NCBI RefSeq assembly: GCF_001194135.2
Contig: NC_068984.1
Span: 16,065,389-16,129,388, forward strand
Direction of reading: 5' to 3'
From: Octopus bimaculoides
Lineage: Eukaryota
DNA length: 64,000 nt
Positions within the stretch are counted from its first letter, which is position 1, and every line of letters starts with the position of its first letter. Position numbers and translations under genes: made by a program. Positions 28,532-42,000 of the stretch are shown one piece after another. The notes under the pieces were generated by a model that saw only the letters and a list, made by a program, of their open reading frames with translations, did not search any database and was not told where the DNA came from.

Positions 28532-29061
28532 GTTTAATGTCCACTTTCCATGCTAGCATGGTTTGGACGATTTGACTGAGGACTGGCGAACCAGATGGCT
28601 GCACCAGGCTCCAATCTGATCTGGCAGTGTTTCTACAGCTGGATGCCCTTCCTAACGCCAACCACTCAGGGAATATAGCGGGTGCTTTTACGTGCCACCG
28701 GCATGAGGGTCAGTCTGGCGGTACTGGCAATGGCCACGCTCAAATGGTGTTTTTACGTGCCACCTGCACAGGAGTCAGTCCAGCAGCGCTGGCAACGACC
28801 TCGCTTGAATGTTTTGTTCACATGCTACTGGCACAAGTGCCAGTAAGGCGATGCTGGTAACAATCACACTCAAATGGTGCTTTTTATGTGCCACCGGCAT
28901 GGAAGCCAGACAACTGTTCTGGCAGTGATCCCGCTCGGACGGTGCTTTTAGCGCTCCACTGGTACAGGTGCCAGTCATCAATTTTGGTTCAGTTATGATA
29001 TACATATATTTATATATGATGTTTCTTTTATGGAATACTGGAAATGAACAACATTGCTTGC

Positions 29062-29094
<33 letters not shown>

Positions 29095-32000
29095 CTAGTT
29101 TTAACTATCACATGATGTGAGGACAAGGGTGGACACATCACACATCCACACACACACACACATTGAACATATGCATATACGCATACTTACATATATATGA
29201 AAGGCTTCTTTCAGTTTACATCTATCAAATTCACTGACAAGGCTTTTGCTGGCGCAAGGCTATAGTACAACCTTAGGGATTGCTTTCACAAATACATCAG
29301 ATGCATAATGCTACGTATGCCAGGCCAACCTGTTGCCACCCACTCCAACACTGCAAATCATTCTATTGCAGATTTATCAGTGTGTAGCATGGCCTTGCAC
29401 CATGGATCCCCCTTCTCTAGGAAACGAAAGGAGCAATGTCTCATCTTTGGTCTTGACACTATGTCCCTGACAGGTATGAATGAACGTTTTTCTTTTCATC
29501 CTTTCACCTCCTATTAATTCTTTTTTACCCTTTTTAATCCTCCTCCCACCCTCTCTTTGCAACATTCCCGTATTTACTTACCTCTACTACTCTCTCCATC
29601 ACCCTTTTCCTCCTCCTTTCTCCATGCCCTCTCCTATAACTACTGTTTCACATTAGCAGCCTGTGTTATTCAGAGTCCGTTATCAGTTGCAGCCAGTTTT
29701 TCAAACTGAGAGGATGCAAACTCTGTCTGTTTTCAACTTCCCTTTTTCTCTACCCTCTAACGAAGGATTACATCCAAAACGTTGGGTATTCCACTCCTCA
29801 CAGCAACTCCACTGTACCCCTTTCACTTTTTTCTATAGTACGGGTCACTTACCCAAGGTTCCACATGATGGGACTGAACCTGAAGCCATGTGGTTAGAAA
29901 AAAGACTTCTTACCCACACAACCACACCTGAGTCTTTCTTTTATTCTTTTATTCTTTTACTTGTTTCAGTCATTTGACTGCAGCCATGCTGGAGCACTAC
30001 CTTTAGTCGAACCAGTCAACCCCAGGACTTATTCTTTGGAAGCCTAGTACTTATTCTATCGGTCTCTTTTTGCCGAACTGCTAAGCTACGGGGATGTAAA
30101 CACACCAACATCTGCTGTCATGCAATGGTGGGGGGACAAACACAGACACACAAATACATACACACATACATATACAACAGGCTTCTTTCAGTTTCTGTCT
30201 ACCCAATCCACTCACAAGGCTTTGTTCGGCCCAAGCCTATAGCAGAAGACACTTGCCCAAAGTGTCACTCAGTGGGACTGAACCCAGAACCATGTGGTTG
30301 TTAAGCAAGCTTCTTACCACACAACCAAGCCTTGCATCTATTATTATAAGTCTTATTATAAACAATGTAGCAACTCTAAAACCATGCAGTCATACTTTAC
30401 TTATACCACAGTCATACATACTGGATACTTTATAGCATACCAAATTATTTAAATTTGATAATTAAATTAATTAAACCAGTATGAACATATTTACTGTAAT
30501 GAGCAAACTTTTAAAATTAATTACTTCTCTCTCTCTCTCTGAAAAAAAAAAAAGCATTAGCTTAATGCTTAAATCTAGTCAAAGCAGCTAAGGGTGATAA
30601 CTCTGAAATATCAATTAGTTATAATTAGAATTGAGCATGCAGTGAGAAGAAGAAAAGATCTATAAAGGTTAATATTAATTAGATCTAATCTTTGGCAAGC
30701 AAGGGATAATATATATCATACCAGAACATCAGATATTGCATTAGTAGACAAGATTGATCTTATCCATCTTGTTTAATTCTTTGTAGACCTTGCAGTTAGT
30801 AGAAAAATAAGTTATTAGTAGAAACCAAAAATGCTTTTAACTCATAAAAATACAGATAAAACAAAGCGAGAGAAAATATCTAAGCTATGTACTTTTTAGT
30901 GGTTTTTACTCTATGGTGACAATCACTTACCTGTTTCGTCGCACTGCTTTACTGGAAATGAAATGGCAACATTGACATGTTCAATGAGAATCAGTTGTAT
31001 AGATCGAACGAAATACAAGTCATAACATATAAATTTACTCCTTTTCTACAAGAGACACCATTGATTCATTCCGTATGACAAAAACAAAAGACATTCAGGA
31101 TGTAGCTGACAATGGCAAGCCACAAGATAAATATATTTCAGAATGTACCAACTTACTGCTTTTTTATCTTTTCATTCTTCAAGAGATATATTGTGTTGTT
31201 TTTTTGACTTGTTTCAGTCTTATGACTGTAGCCATGCTGGGGCACTGTCTTACACACACACACACAAGACACGCATGCATGCACATGCACCTACGACTGG
31301 CTTCTTTCACTTTCTGTTTCCCAAATCCACTCACAATGGTCAGCCCGAGGCTATAGTAAAAGACACTTTTCCAAGATGCCATGCAGTGGATCTGAACCCA
31401 GAACCATGTGGTTCAGAAAGCTATTACCTCTGTTGGCAGCAAAAGAACTCTCTCTCAGAGTGAAAGGTAGACTGTATGATGCTTGTGTGCGAACGGTTAT
31501 ACTCCATAGTAGTGAGACATGGGCTCTGAATGTAGAAGACATGTGTAGACTGGAGAGAAATGAAGGTAGTATGCTTTGTTGAATGTGCAACATCAGTGCG
31601 CATGTATGACAAAGTGCAAATATATTGAGAAGAAAGTTGGTTATAAGAGGAATCAAATGCAGCATGCAAGAGAGAAGACTATGTTGGTTTGGACATGTGA
31701 TGCGTATGAATGAGGACAGCTGCGTAAAGAAGTGCCGCTCACTGAAGGTGGATGGTACCCGTGGAAGAGGGAGAACCAGGAAGACATGGAATGAAATAGT
31801 AAGGACTGATCTCAGGATGTTGGGCCTCACAGAGGAAATGACAATGGACCAAGATGTCTGGCAATATGAAGTTCTTGAGAAAACCTGCCCACTTAACAAG
31901 AAAGCTTCTCACACACTCTACAACAACAAGCCCAACTATATCTCTGCATCTCTTCTCTTCCTCACATTTCTACTTCATGCATTATGCTTACCTCCCACTC

Positions 32001-33387
32001 CCCAATCCTGACTTCTTGGCTTTGTGCCACTGTATCATTACTCTTTGCTAGCCCCCAGCCTCTGTGTTCTACCCACAGGTAACTAGAAAACTTTTCACTC
32101 ACCTGACTCTATATATATATCCAGGTTTTCACCACTCATCCCTCCCTCCACACCCTTTAATCATGCTTCCTTCACAATGTCCTGCCACTTATATTATGGT
32201 GTTTCGAACCTCGAGGTATGTCTGACACTTGCCACCATCTATATCTCTCTCTTCCTTTACTCAACCATCTCATTTATATTCTGATTCCTGTCCCTTGTGA
32301 GTATGCTGACATTTTGCCACCATCTCTATCCTGCCGTCTCCCACTCTCTCTCTCTCCTTCTCCTGCTCTTCCTTCAGGTTGGGTAACCATGTATTTCTTT
32401 AATGATAGCACACCTGTTTCTGTTTTCATTCCTGATCTCTATCTCTGGCCGGGTAACCTTGTACTTCCTCTACAGCAAGACACCTGCTTGTCTCTCTGTC
32501 TCACTATAACCTTTCATCATCCGATACAAGATCACCTCCTCCAATGCCCCCTCTCTTCTTGAAAGTTTTTTTTTGTCTTGCAAGTACTTGGTGACCCTGT
32601 CAATACAGGTGCCACTTAAAAGCACCCAGTCCACACTGTAAAATGGTTGGCATTTGGAAAGGCATCCAGCTGTAAAAACCTTGGCAAAACTGACCTTACT
32701 TGTGCTTGTGCCACATAAAAAGCACTAAGTCCACTCTGCTGAGTGGTTGGTGTTAGGAAGGGCATCCAGCTGTATAAATCCTGCCAAAACAGTCATAGAA
32801 GTCTGGTGCAGGCTTCTGCCTGGCCAGCTCCGGTCAAACCATCCAACCAACACTAGCTTGGAAGGCAGACGTTAAACGATGATGATGATCAGAGGCATTA
32901 CTAAGGATGTTAATTTGATTTGGATCTTTTGGTATTTGATTGTTTGATGTAGTTAGTCAAGTTTGCTTTATCAGTGAGTGCTTACAAGATGTCTGCCTCG
33001 ACTTATTAATCCCTGTTACTAAATAACACACACACACACACACACGTAGATACATACATACTTGTTTGAATACATTTATTGTTGCACTTAATCTTATGTT
33101 TCTTATCACAAATAAATAGAAGTAGTAGTGGCAGCAGCAGCAGCTTATTACCATGTATTGACCATGATATTAGCGTAATTTAATTAATTAGTAATCAATA
33201 AAATTTCTCCTTTTTCCAATCATTTTGTTTTGCTTCATTGATGATGATCATCATCATTATTGTCATCATCGACATCATCGTCATCATCATTGTTGTCGTC
33301 ATAGTCATCATCATCATCATCATCACCAAAACAACCACTACCACCAAAACCACTACCAAAACCACTATCACTATCATCACCACTACC

Positions 33388-33448
<61 letters not shown>

Positions 33449-34374
33449 CCATCATCATCGTTATCATCATAACCAATGCCATCATGATCATGATCATAAT
33501 CATTATAATTTTCATCACCACCACCACCACCACCACCACCAAAATCACCACCAAAACTACTCTCATCATCATCATCATCATTATCTTTAAAATCATCACA
33601 TCATCATCATCACCAACACCATGACGACGACAACAACGACAATGACGACGACGACCACCACCACCAAAACCACCACTGAAAAACCACTATCATCATCATC
33701 ATCATCACCAGCTTCATCATTATCATCATCAACACCATCATGACGACGACGACGAACACCACCACCCCACCACCACCACCACTACCACCACCACCACCCT
33801 CATTATCATGAGCAGCAACAACAACATCTACTACTTAAACACACTGAGTGCATGCTCGAGCATGTTCTGGCTGAATTGCTGAAGAGTCCTGCAAGAAAAT
33901 ATGATTGGCATCATGATTTACAGGGGTCAGAAAAAAATAACGATTATTTTCCCCTCTTATTGTATTATATTATACTTACTTCTCGGAATTGCTTCAACGT
34001 AAATACTTGCGAGGACATTCGGTTCACTTTGCTTCAGAACCACACTCATTGGTTTGGTATTACTCAAATGTGGGATCTACAAATGTAAGACATTAATGAA
34101 ATACATAGCAATGAGACACTTTTTATAAAAACGAGGGTGTTTATCAGGACAATGGGAGTTTTTTTTCTTGTTATAGCTGTGTTTTCAACTGATTAAATTT
34201 TTTGGGGCTCAGCACATTAAGTATTTTATTTTGCACTTAACTATGTGTTCTTTATGCCGAAGGCACACCGGGAGAAAAATTTTCTATGTCAGGATTACAA
34301 ATTGCCAAATAAAATTATAATTTTTCACAAAAACAAAAAAATGTATCATCATAATTTTCATCTTAGACACACAA

Positions 34375-34424
<50 letters not shown>

Positions 34425-34661
34425 CATACACACAAACACACACACACATGCACACACACACACACATACACACAAACACACACACACACACACACACACA
34501 CATAAAAGTGTTGAAATTGTGATGACTTTTGGTTGACAGCTGATGAGGGGTGACTGTTTCCACATCCTTTGTGTGTTTTTTGCTGTTTTCAATATATTTG
34601 TTCATCTTTCCATGCAACATTTTACATCTCTCTCTCTTTCTTTTTCTCTGTGTGTATATAG

Positions 34662-34696
<35 letters not shown>

Positions 34697-36008
34697 GCTA
34701 CAGTATTTGTTTGAATGGATTTAGGAATGGTTAGCTTGTTCAGGACACAGATTCATAAAAATGAAGGCAAACTAAGCAAAGATATTTTGAAAGCATTAAA
34801 TACAGTTGCAGACAATTGTGCAACAGATTAAAAATGAACATCTCTTACACATCTTCCTTGTTATAGTTTAACTGAGGAAAATTTTTATGTTAGAAATGAA
34901 ACTCCCATTTTACTCATTGTGAAATTATCTGAAATGCACATATTAAATGCGTTCAAAATATCTTTACTTGGTTTGACTTGAAATACGCACACATACACAC
35001 ATACACACACGCACACACACACATACACACACACACACGAAAATCTTCTTTCAGTTTCTTATTTCTTTATTGCCCACAAGAGGCTAAACATAGAGGGGAC
35101 AAACAAGGACAGATAAAGGGATTAAGTCGACCCCAGTGCATAACTGGTACTTAATTTATCGACCCCTGAAAGATGAAAGGCAAAGTTGACCTCGGCAGAA
35201 TTTGAACTCAGAATGTAACGGCAGACGAAATACCGCTAAGCATTTCACCCGGCGTGCTACCGTTTCTGCCAGCTCACTGCCGTCTTTCAGTTTCTGCCTA
35301 GCAAATCCACTCACAAGTCTTTGGTCAGCTCAGGGCTACAGCAGAAAACACTTGCCCAAGGTGCTGAATCCATGACTACATTGTTGAGAAGCAAGCCTCT
35401 AAACTACACATCCACAGTCATTCTAAAACCTGATGGTCATAGATTAAACTATGCTTTGTTGAGGAGGTCTAATAAAGTATAACCATGTCTAGATTTGTCG
35501 CAGTAATGATCAAATTTATTACATAGCATATCTCAATTTAAAATTTTAATCAATTTAAATTTCAGAGGTCTCTGCCTTGCATCACTGAACAAGAATTATC
35601 ATTATTGCTAATGACTTGCTTTTCAGTATGTATATAATTACAATTGATCAGTTTTTGGTCACTATACCCAAGATGTTAGCCTGCATTTAACTATAAATGC
35701 TGTTCTATATAATTAGACAGCGGATCAAGTTCATTGAGTTTTAAGAAATGTCTGTAATATAGCTATTTATATATTCTAGGTCTGGCTGACCCAACGTTGC
35801 AGCCATTACTTAACAAATTATTCACTCCACCGGGCTTACAGTCAAGTATTATTATTGTTATTATTATTACTGGTATTTATTTTATTGACCCTTGAAAGGC
35901 TGAAAGGCAAAGTCGACCTCAGTGGGATTTGAATTCAGAACAAAAAGATGGATGAAATAACACTAAGTATTTTACCCAGTGTGCTAATGGTTTTGTTAGT
36001 TCACCACC

Positions 36009-36081
<73 letters not shown>

Positions 36082-39000
36082 TGATGATAATAATTTCAAA
36101 TTTTCCTTCAGGACCAGCAAGATCAGGGAAGGGGTTGAGCTGATGACACCAACCACATTGCTCAACTGGTTCTTATTTCATTGGCCCTAAAATGATAAAA
36201 GGCAAAGTCAACCTCAGTGGAATTTGAACTCAGAATGTAAAGATAGAGGAAATGCTAATGATTCCCCCATCTCACCATCGTACCTGCACCTGTATGTTAA
36301 TAATATTTATAATAATATTAATCATAGGTGCAGGAGTAGCTGTGTGGTAAGAAGTTTGCTTCCCAACCACATTGCTCTGGGTTCAGTCCCACTGTGTAGC
36401 ACCTTGGGCAAGTGTCTTCTACTATAGCCTCGGGCTGATAAAAGCCTTGTCAGTGGATTTGGTAGACGGAAATTGAAAGAAGCCTGTCGAATATATGTAT
36501 ATATATTTATATATATATATATATATATATACATATGTATGCATTTGTGTGTTTGTGTTTGTCCCCACCATCATCGCTTGACAACTGATGTTGGTGTATT
36601 TACATCCCCGTAACTTAGCAGAAAAGAAACCGATAGAATAAGTACTAAGCTTACAAAGATTAAGTCCTGGGATTGGTTTGTTTGACTAAAGGTGGTGCTC
36701 CAGCATGGCCACAGTCAAATGACTGAAACAAGTAAAAGAATAAAAAATAACAGAATATGTCAATAAATTTTACCTTTGATATACATTTCACATTATTCTG
36801 ATAAACTTGATAGTATGCAATTTCAGGGTCTTTGATTGGAGCCCATCGAATAGCTAAGCAGTTATCATTGCTACCAAGTTCCAGAGAAATTAACGGTCCA
36901 TTTTTGGATGTACAATAAGGGCAGTTATATACCTGGAAAAAAGACAAAATCAGATAAAAGTACAGTCAAATTCAACATTGGATTATATGGTCACAAGTTC
37001 AAACCACACATATGACATATTCTACTTCACTTTCTTTGGCTTATTTGGCAGACAAGACGTTGGTCTTCACTTATAGTTGAATGATTAGCAGAAGGAACGG
37101 CATGGTCATCAACATAGAGGGCAGCAAGTCTTGAATCTCTCTGTTAGGGCCTGGATGACTCTGACAAACAAGTGTGGGGCTGAAAACCGATCCTGGGTGA
37201 ACTGCTACCTGTATACTAAATTCATTACTATACTTATTGACAACTTTCATATTACTGACAGCATCCCTGTACATGACTTGTACAGCTCTCACAAACCATT
37301 CATTGCTTCCACATTGACCACCAGATAAGGGAGCGGGGGACCCTGTAAGAGGCTTTCTCCATGTTGACAAAAACCAAGTACAGAAGTTTATTTTTGGTTA
37401 AATACTCCTGCAGCTGCCTTACTATGAATGTGGCATTAGTAGTGCTTCTCTCCAGCACAAAACCAAACTGCATCTGATCTAGACTAACTCTCTTCCTAAT
37501 TAGTTGAGCTATGACTCCCTCTGCAACTTTCATCACCTGGTCCAGCAACCTGATACCTCTGTAATTATTTCTGTCTAAGGCATCACCTTTACCTTTGTAG
37601 CAGTTGACTATAATGCTGATACACCATTCATTGGATATAGCTTCCCCATGGACAACCTGATTAACTATATGGGTGGCTAGGCTACATCTCACTCTACCAG
37701 TTATTTTAAGCATCTCAGCAGTGATTCCTGATGGGTTGGGGGCTTTCCCTGTCTTCATATCCTTAATTGCTTTATCTACCAAGCTATTGTCTATTCAGAT
37801 AGCTGGTCCCTCTGTTAGGTCCACATTAGACAGACACTCCTGATCACATGCATTCTCTACCTTTAGCAGTCTTTCATAGCGGCACTTCTAAGCCGCTTTC
37901 TTTGCAGAATTACTAACTGTATGTGAACCATCATCCATGCGAATGCACTTCTCTCTTATCACACCATGATTCTCTCTGACACACTGTCTTGCAATCTGGG
38001 ACACGTCAAGCCTCTGGTCCTCATACTACAGAACATTGGTAAACTTTTTCCTTTCTACTTCTCCTCTAGCTGAATGTACCTGCTTCCTAGTTTTCCTTCC
38101 AGTTATCTAATATAACTCACTACAACCACCACTCTTCCAGTCCTTCCAGGCCTGTTTCTTTACTCTAATGGTCCTCTCTACTATACTCTTCAACCACCAT
38201 GTCGCCTAAGGTCAGGATGGGCACCAGCCACAGATTATGTTGTCTCATAGGAACTTCCAGGTGTCCTTGATGTTATATGTCACTATCTCCTCCCCCTTCG
38301 CACCAAATGCTTCAATTAGAATGTCTTTCAATCTCTGATTATTCAGGGGACACTTAAACTTCCAGATCTTTCTTTTTCAGACTGGTTTGCTTCTTGGCAT
38401 CCTTCTCTAGCCCAAAGTCTGAAGTCACTAAAGACTAATCTATGTTGAGGGGTGAACTCTTCACCTGGGAAGGACTTTGCATTTACAAGCAACCATCTTT
38501 CCTCCTTTCTGGTGAGAATGTAGTTAATCTGGTTTGTATGTCCACCAGATTGATATGTGAACAGGTGACTGCTTAGTTTCTTAAAGTTAGTATTGCAGAT
38601 CCTAAGGTCACTTGCATCACTGAATTCCAGCAGCCTAGTTCCCTCCTCATTGCAGTAACCAGCTCCATAGTCTTCATGCTCCCCCCTCCCCGGAAGCTAC
38701 CCAGATGCTGCCCAGTCTGCAAAAAGTACCAATCTTTCTGTTTGTCTGGCAGTCCTGGTTGAGGAGCATAGGCAGGAATAATAGTTGCTACTCCACTTTG
38801 CAACACTAGTCTAAGTTTAAGTATCCAATCAGACACTCTGATTACTTCGATTGCCTTTTCAACTTATTTCTCAGCAATAAGTATGACCACCCTACCAATC
38901 CCTTCACTATTGCCTACCAAGAAGATTTTATAACCTGTGAAGAATTTGCTAGAAGCACCCCTCCACCTTACTTCTGGAATGCAACACACATTCACATGCC

Positions 39001-42000
39001 ATTGCTCCAGCATCTCAACAATCACACCAGACCTATCTTTCAATGTGATCACGTTGAGTGTGCCAGCTCTAAGGGTGAGGAAGGGGTGGAAAGAGGAGAC
39101 AGGTGGTGGTTGGCGTGGGGGGCAGCGTTCTGCATCTGAAAAGGTTTGCCAGACATATATAGATTTATAATCTTGATATGCATTTCATCTTGCATTTGAT
39201 TTACGGCCATTCATTTTCTTCACATTTGCTGAGTCTACCAGATGAAGAGAGAAGAGAGGAGGGTCTGATATAAAACTATTGCTTACTTGAAACTAAAGTA
39301 GCAGTGATAATTAACCCACTAGCAAGAGCGCTTGTTATATTTTTNNNNNNNNNNNNNNNNNNNNNNNNNNNNNNNNNNNNNNNNNNNNNNATATGTGTGT
39401 GTGTGTGTGTGTGACATATATTCAATATATACATGTGACATACATACATATGTATATAAATGCAAACAGCAATAAGGATAAGGAGAATGGTAGCAATAAG
39501 AATGGTCATAGTTCTTATTTACAAAAAAATGACTAAGCTTTGTCAGAAACATTTCAACTTCTATATTTGACGTATCTTCATTGTCCTGTGGGAATATGTG
39601 GAGATTATGATAGGAAGATGTGGACAGGAGTTATGGTGATGGTGACGGAGATGGTGATATAATGGCAATGATGATGATGATGATGATGAGGAAGAGGAGG
39701 AGGAGGAGGAGGAAAAGGAAGGATATATGAAATGGCATTAAAAAAAACTAAGGAAGTTAAGAATTAAAACCTACTATAGTATTTGATTCGATTGGTTTCA
39801 GATCAACAGATCTTGCAATAACCTTCAAATGGATGGAGTATTTCTGTCCAGCAGCCAAACCCTTCACTTGTAAAGAGTTAAAGTTTGGAAAAATCAGGGT
39901 ACTATAGTTCACGTTGTTGAGAAACAACTGAAATACAAACAAAATAAGAAGAATATTACAACAAACAAGAAGTAATACTTCTAATATGGATGTAACTTAG
40001 AGTAAATAATTATGCAAGATTACAGCATTTTTCATATTATGTATGTAACTTCTTTGCTTGTGTGAATGTTGTGCACAAGCATGTGTATGTGTGTGAGTGT
40101 GCACATGCATGTGTGTGTGTGTGTGTGTCTGCATGTGTGTGTGCGTATATGCACACACACATAAATATAAACAACGGCGAAATGCTTAGCGGTGTTTCGT
40201 CTGCCACTACGTTCTGAGTTCAAATTCCGCCGAGGTCAACTTTGCTTTCATCCTTTCGGGGTCGATTAAATAAGTACCAGTTATGCACTGGGGTCGATGT
40301 AATCGACTTAATCCATTTGTCTGTCCTTGTTTGTCCCCTCTGTATGTAGCCCCTTGTGGGTAGTAAAGAAATAACACATAAATATAAACATGTACATATA
40401 CCAGATTGAGTCAAAAGTTTTTTCATATTTCAAGCTTTAAATAATAGTTCAAAACTAATTACATGTGAAAAGTGTTTATTCATCAAGATATGTCCCACTG
40501 TATTCTGTTGCTTGTTGCCATTGTTGTGCCAGAAGATCAATTCCATGCTTATACTATTTGACTGGTTCAGAGGCAAAAGACTCCCAGCTCCTGTTTTCAA
40601 CCACGTCACCTTGTTAAACTTCTTCTGTCCAGGCAGGAAATGGACCATAACACAGAAAAGTGACAATCTGACTGAGCAAGGTCTGCACTGTAAGTAGGGT
40701 GTGGCAGCACTTCCAACCCCTCAAGTTCCTCAAATTTTGGCTTGGTCACATTGGCAGTATACGCTGAGGCATTTTCATGATGTAGGAGTGTGTATTTTTG
40801 ATTGACCAACGATGGGCTGCAGGCTTTCTAAGCATCATATACTCACTGTAGTTGATGAGCATAAAGGTTAGTATTTACAGCATGACCATCTGAGACAAAC
40901 TCAAAATGCAACGAGCCCTTGAGATTCCACCAAACACATGACATGACCTTCTCATCAAACTGCTCTTGTTTGACAACATGTTTTGAAGCCTGATTGGAAT
41001 ATAGTCTCTGATTTCTTGTATGAAGATGACGAAAATAGATTCATTTTTCATCCTCATTTACAATTCAACACCAAAAATGAGCATCTTGAGTATTTGTCAG
41101 CAGTTTTAGAAATAATTCATTTCTAAATCTCTCAGAGAGATTTATGCAGTAGTGATACGATGAAGTAGTTGTATGCTGTCAACTTAATGTGACAGTCCCC
41201 CGAAGGGAATAATACTACTGTTGGTTAGACCTAGGAAGCTGCACCGCTTCCTGTTGGCCTTGACACATTTCCTGTGTCCTTATGTTTGCAAGGGGGAGAC
41301 AAGCATCTTCGACTAGCAGGTCATGCTACTCCAGACTGATGATGAGCAAAGACTCAGAAACATGTCTCTGGATGCAGGCTTAGCTGGGCGGAGGTGCTTG
41401 TCTCCCTCTTGTAAACATAAGGACACAAGAAATGTGTCAAGGCCGACAGGAAGTGGTGCAACTTCCTAGGTCTAAACAACAGTATTATTATTCCCTTCAG
41501 GGGACTCTCACATTAAGTCGACAGCATACAACTACTTTGTCAGCAGTTGTTTGCAAATGTTCAATCGTTGTTGAGCCTGGTTATTGATCAGTTCATGAGG
41601 AGCTGCTCAACAGCATCTGTTCACAAGGTTGAACTTATGAAGGTGTCAACTGACGATGCTTTGTGAAGGACCAAGTTCTGCCAACAATGTATGAGTGCTT
41701 GTGCTTGTAAAATAGAACCATGTGTGTGTGTGATGGAGTATGTAGAAGTGGGAGACCTAGGAAGACATGGGGATGAAGTATTGAAGAATGACATAAGAAT
41801 GCTGAACCTTTTGGGTAAGATGACAAAGGATGAGATACTTGGTACTTTGCCGTACTCAAGAAGACCTGTACTCCCCAGAAGAAGTGTTAAGGCTTGTCCC
41901 TCTGGTAGTGTAAAGCACTTGTGGTGGTGCCACATAAAACCACCTGTGCAATGCCATGTAAAAGTGCCCATGCAGTGCTACTTAAAAGTCCCCATGTGGT

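Noticed and set aside
32986-33018. 33-nt phase 1-1 candidate microexon ([11 protein letters not shown])
   Set aside because: The acceptor is just the end of a (TG)n tract and the segment is not needed for the domain. Chance occurrence is likely.
37050-39078. Active LINE
   Set aside because: Multiple stops, frameshifts and internal deletions; it is a fossil only.
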